From Cercozoa sp. M6MM (Eukaryota > Protista > Endomyxa: Ascetosporea): a stretch of 64,000 nt of DNA. Within the stretch, counting starts at the first letter, position 1. Each line of letters starts with the position of its first letter. The notes beneath the pieces were generated by a model. The model was not told where the DNA came from, made no database searches, and saw nothing but the letters and a program-made list of their open reading frames with translations. Location of the stretch: NCBI GenBank assembly GCA_040357565.1, contig JBDODJ010000036.1. One strand, written 5' to 3'. Made by a program: the position numbers and the translations under genes. Positions 61,524 through 64,000 of this stretch are shown one piece after another.

Positions 61524-61946
61524 ATGCGTGTGCGCTTCGTGGACTGGACACAGGTGGCCACAGTGCACTGGAACGTCACCCCTGGAGAGGTATTGATCTC
61601 TATCTGGGCGGGACTTGAGTTAATCACGCTGAAACACTCGTAGGTGTGCGGCATCTGTCAAGCCTCGTTCGAGGAGTCAAAGCAGCACGAGGTGCCTCTG
61701 TGGGGCAAGTGCTCGCACGTGTATCACCAGCACTGTATCAATCAGTGGCTGTCACAGGTGTCCTTCCACCTTTCGGCTGTGTTGCAACGTTCGGTGTGAG
61801 TTGTCCGCGTGTGTGGCACTGGACAGAAGATGGAGCGTGGACAGCCCGGTACATGCCCAATGTGCCGGCAGATGTGGCGTCAGGCAACACCGCCCGAGTC
61901 GCCCTTTACGCAACGAGAACGGCGGGCGCAACAGCAGCAGTCGTAG
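61524..61946 (+). CDS. APC11: Anaphase-promoting complex subunit 11 (RING-H2); exons 61524-61589, 61644-61757, 61827-61946
   Basis: MRVRFVDWTQVATVHWNVTPGEVCGICQASFEESKQHEVPLWGKCSHVYHQHCINQWLSQKMERGQPGTCPMCRQMW matches the APC11 pattern W..VA.W.W...CGIC..F...WG.CSH.FH.HCI..WL....CPMCRQ.W. It is not visible in the ORF track because of introns. Confidence 0.9.
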
Positions 61947-62041
61947 CCAGTTGTTTCTCAGTTTCGTTTCTTTTAAATCTAACGTGTAATTCTCACGAAC
62001 GTCATTCGAGTCGAGTCAAGTCATCACAGGGTCCAATTGGT

Positions 62042-62316
62042 CTACTCGGCGCCCGACTGGGCGGCCACTTCGGCGAGTTTCTTGGCACGCCGCTCGCGCG
62101 ATCGCTGCACCTGCTCGGCGCGACGTCTCCTGTGCAACAGGCACACACATCATCGACAGAGAGACAGAAGGCTATGTCAGGGGAGCGCCAGGATCAGAGA
62201 CAACAGTCGGTACCAGTAGTCGATCTCGTCGAGCGAGGCGTAGAACGGCGTGGTCACCTCGGACTTCCAGAAGTGGTACCTGCGAGTACATGTGTGTGTG
62301 TATGTGTGTGTATGTA

Positions 62317-62363
<47 letters not shown>

Positions 62364-62432
62364 CCACAGACATGCGGTGTACCACTTAATTCGAGCGTTA
62401 TCGAACCAGAGTTTCTTGAGGTCTAAACAAGC

Positions 62433-62463
<31 letters not shown>

Positions 62464-64000
62464 ACATGGAGAAATATACCAGTCAGTGACACGGACTCGG
62501 GCTCGCCCAGGGCAGCAAAGTACTCCCTGGCCTAAGGGACGAATGGGAAGTAACGGGGGGTACAGGCAGAGAGTGCATAGCCTACCAAGTCGTTGCCAGT
62601 GACACGCGAATATCGTGGTGGCAAATACGCATCCCTGGGGGGTAAGACGAGGGGTAGACAGGGGTATAGGGGTAAAGGGGAGGGAGTAAAGGGGTAAGAA
62701 CCCACACACCGGTGTGTCATGGCGGCGGCACGGAAGTGTCCGAGTCGCAGCAGGTCGTCCAAAAACTCAGCCAGGGTCTCACGCGACATGCTGCTCCGAC
62801 CGAAGGCATCCCACGCCAGGTCGATACGGCGCATATGCGCCAACAACTGCGCCGAGATACAGGGGGAGGGGGTAAAGGTGGGGATACAAGGTAAAGGTGG
62901 GAGGGGGCAAGAACGACCTTGGTGAGCTGTTCCCTCTCCTCGTCGGAGGAGACCTCGCCGAGGTCAAAGGCGGCACTGGCCTCCTCGAGAGTGTCATCGA
63001 CACTGGCCGCATCCAGCAGCGACAGAGCGACCTGGACGTCGCGCTCGTGCAGCTGCACCTGGCCGTGGTGCGGTTGTGCTACAGGGGGGTAAAGGGGGTA
63101 AGGAGTAAGGGTAAGGGGGAAGAGGTGGAAGGGATAAGGGGTAGGAAGAGGGGAAGAGGGGGTGAGGGGGTAACAGGGAGTAACAGGGGGAGGGGGTAAA
63201 ACGACACCTCTCGCCTTGGTGAAGAGCGTAAGCGTTTCCCATTCGTTCCACGGACGCACCAGTTCCTCCTGCCGATTGGCCCACTCGCCCTGGCAGCAAG
63301 GGCAGGGGGTAAAGAGGGGGTAAAGAGGGGGTAAAGAGGGGGGTAAACAGGGGGGTAAACAGGGGGGTAAACAGGGGGTAAGGGGGAAAGACACAAAAGG
63401 CACCGGCTGATACAAGAGCAGCGACTCGTCGGAATTGACGAACTTTTTGGGACGCCCGCTGGCGATGGCAAGATCCTCCTTGCTCACCAGGAACTCGCTA
63501 CACCCCACAGTACCACCTGAGTCACAGGTCTTTCCCCTTAGGCAGCACCTCCGCGCGGACAGAACGAACAAACCTGTTAGCCGGCCGGCGGGCGCGCAAG
63601 CCGCGCAGTGTGGTACACAGCTGTAGTCCCAGTAGATCCACCTGTGCCGTGTCTACATTGAGGGAAGGTAAGAGGGGGTAAGAGGGGGTAAGAGGGGGAT
63701 AAGAGGGGGAAGAGGGGGTAAAACCGCCTACCCTTGGCAGCAGCAGCCAGTTCGCGCAGCTCCAGCGGCGTCAGCCACGAGGCCGCCACGAGGTCGTTGA
63801 TATCGGCGCGCTGCGCGCCCTGTCGACATGGGGTAAACGGGGTCAGGGGTAAAGGGGGCCAGGGGTAAAGGGTAAGGGGTAAAGGGTAAGGGGTAAAGGA
63901 GTAAAGTGGTAAAGGGCTAAAAGCGGTTAAGACTGCAATAGACAGCACATACCAGCGACTCAGCAGCCGCATCTTCTGCGTCATCTTCGACACTGCGATC
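62042..64000 (-). CDS. Multi-exon hypothetical protein, 5'-truncated by the window edge
   Basis: Spliced exons ..AWDAFGRSSMSRETLAEFLDDLL.., KKLWFDNARIKWYHFWKSEVTTPFYASLDEIDYWRRRAEQ..; stop TAG at 62042. Confidence 0.65.

Larger units (their letters stand above)
1142..63559. other. Highly iterated palindrome TCCGCGCGGA (at least 14 perfect copies)
   Basis: Copies start at 1142, 10989, 14341, 17572, 23591, 24834, 32580, 33568, 36242, 50810, 54672, 54749, 56018 and 63550. Confidence 0.92.

Noticed and set aside
1-64000. Non-standard genetic code, CRISPR array, rRNA, or autonomous transposon
   Set aside because: All stops inside recognisable genes are removed by GT-AG introns. No repeat-spacer array, rRNA signature, or transposase/RT motif was seen.

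Overview
Gene-dense, intron-rich nuclear DNA from a unicellular eukaryote. The lineage cannot be determined from this window. The standard code and short GT-AG introns of about 45-100 nt explain every gene I could splice by hand. About 19 multi-exon genes are packed with very short intergenic gaps. Recognisable genes: a canonical 8-repeat Pumilio/PUF protein, STN1, the selenocysteine elongation factor eEFSec, a divergent arginine kinase with an N-terminal membrane segment, a channel-type CLC, a DEAH RNA helicase whose core falls in an N-gap, a bZIP factor, a ~13-kb Cys-rich multi-pass receptor-like gene, and APC11. Several hypothetical genes are also present. The most unusual signals are: (1) the 10-bp palindrome TCCGCGCGGA, found at least 14 times in exons, introns and intergenic DNA (about 0.1 copy expected), reminiscent of cyanobacterial HIP1; (2) a ~5.3-kb gene encoding a class II (CCA/poly(A)-polymerase-like) nucleotidyltransferase with intact DxD but rewritten sugar- and base-selection motifs, fused to a Q-rich N-terminus and a C-terminal transmembrane anchor; (3) a ~120-bp hairpin-forming element present twice 19 kb apart and ending in the palindrome; (4) introns filled with telomere-like TTTACCCC/TTACCC runs that cluster in blocks. 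All exon boundaries were inferred by eye, and 5' ends of genes are often uncertain.
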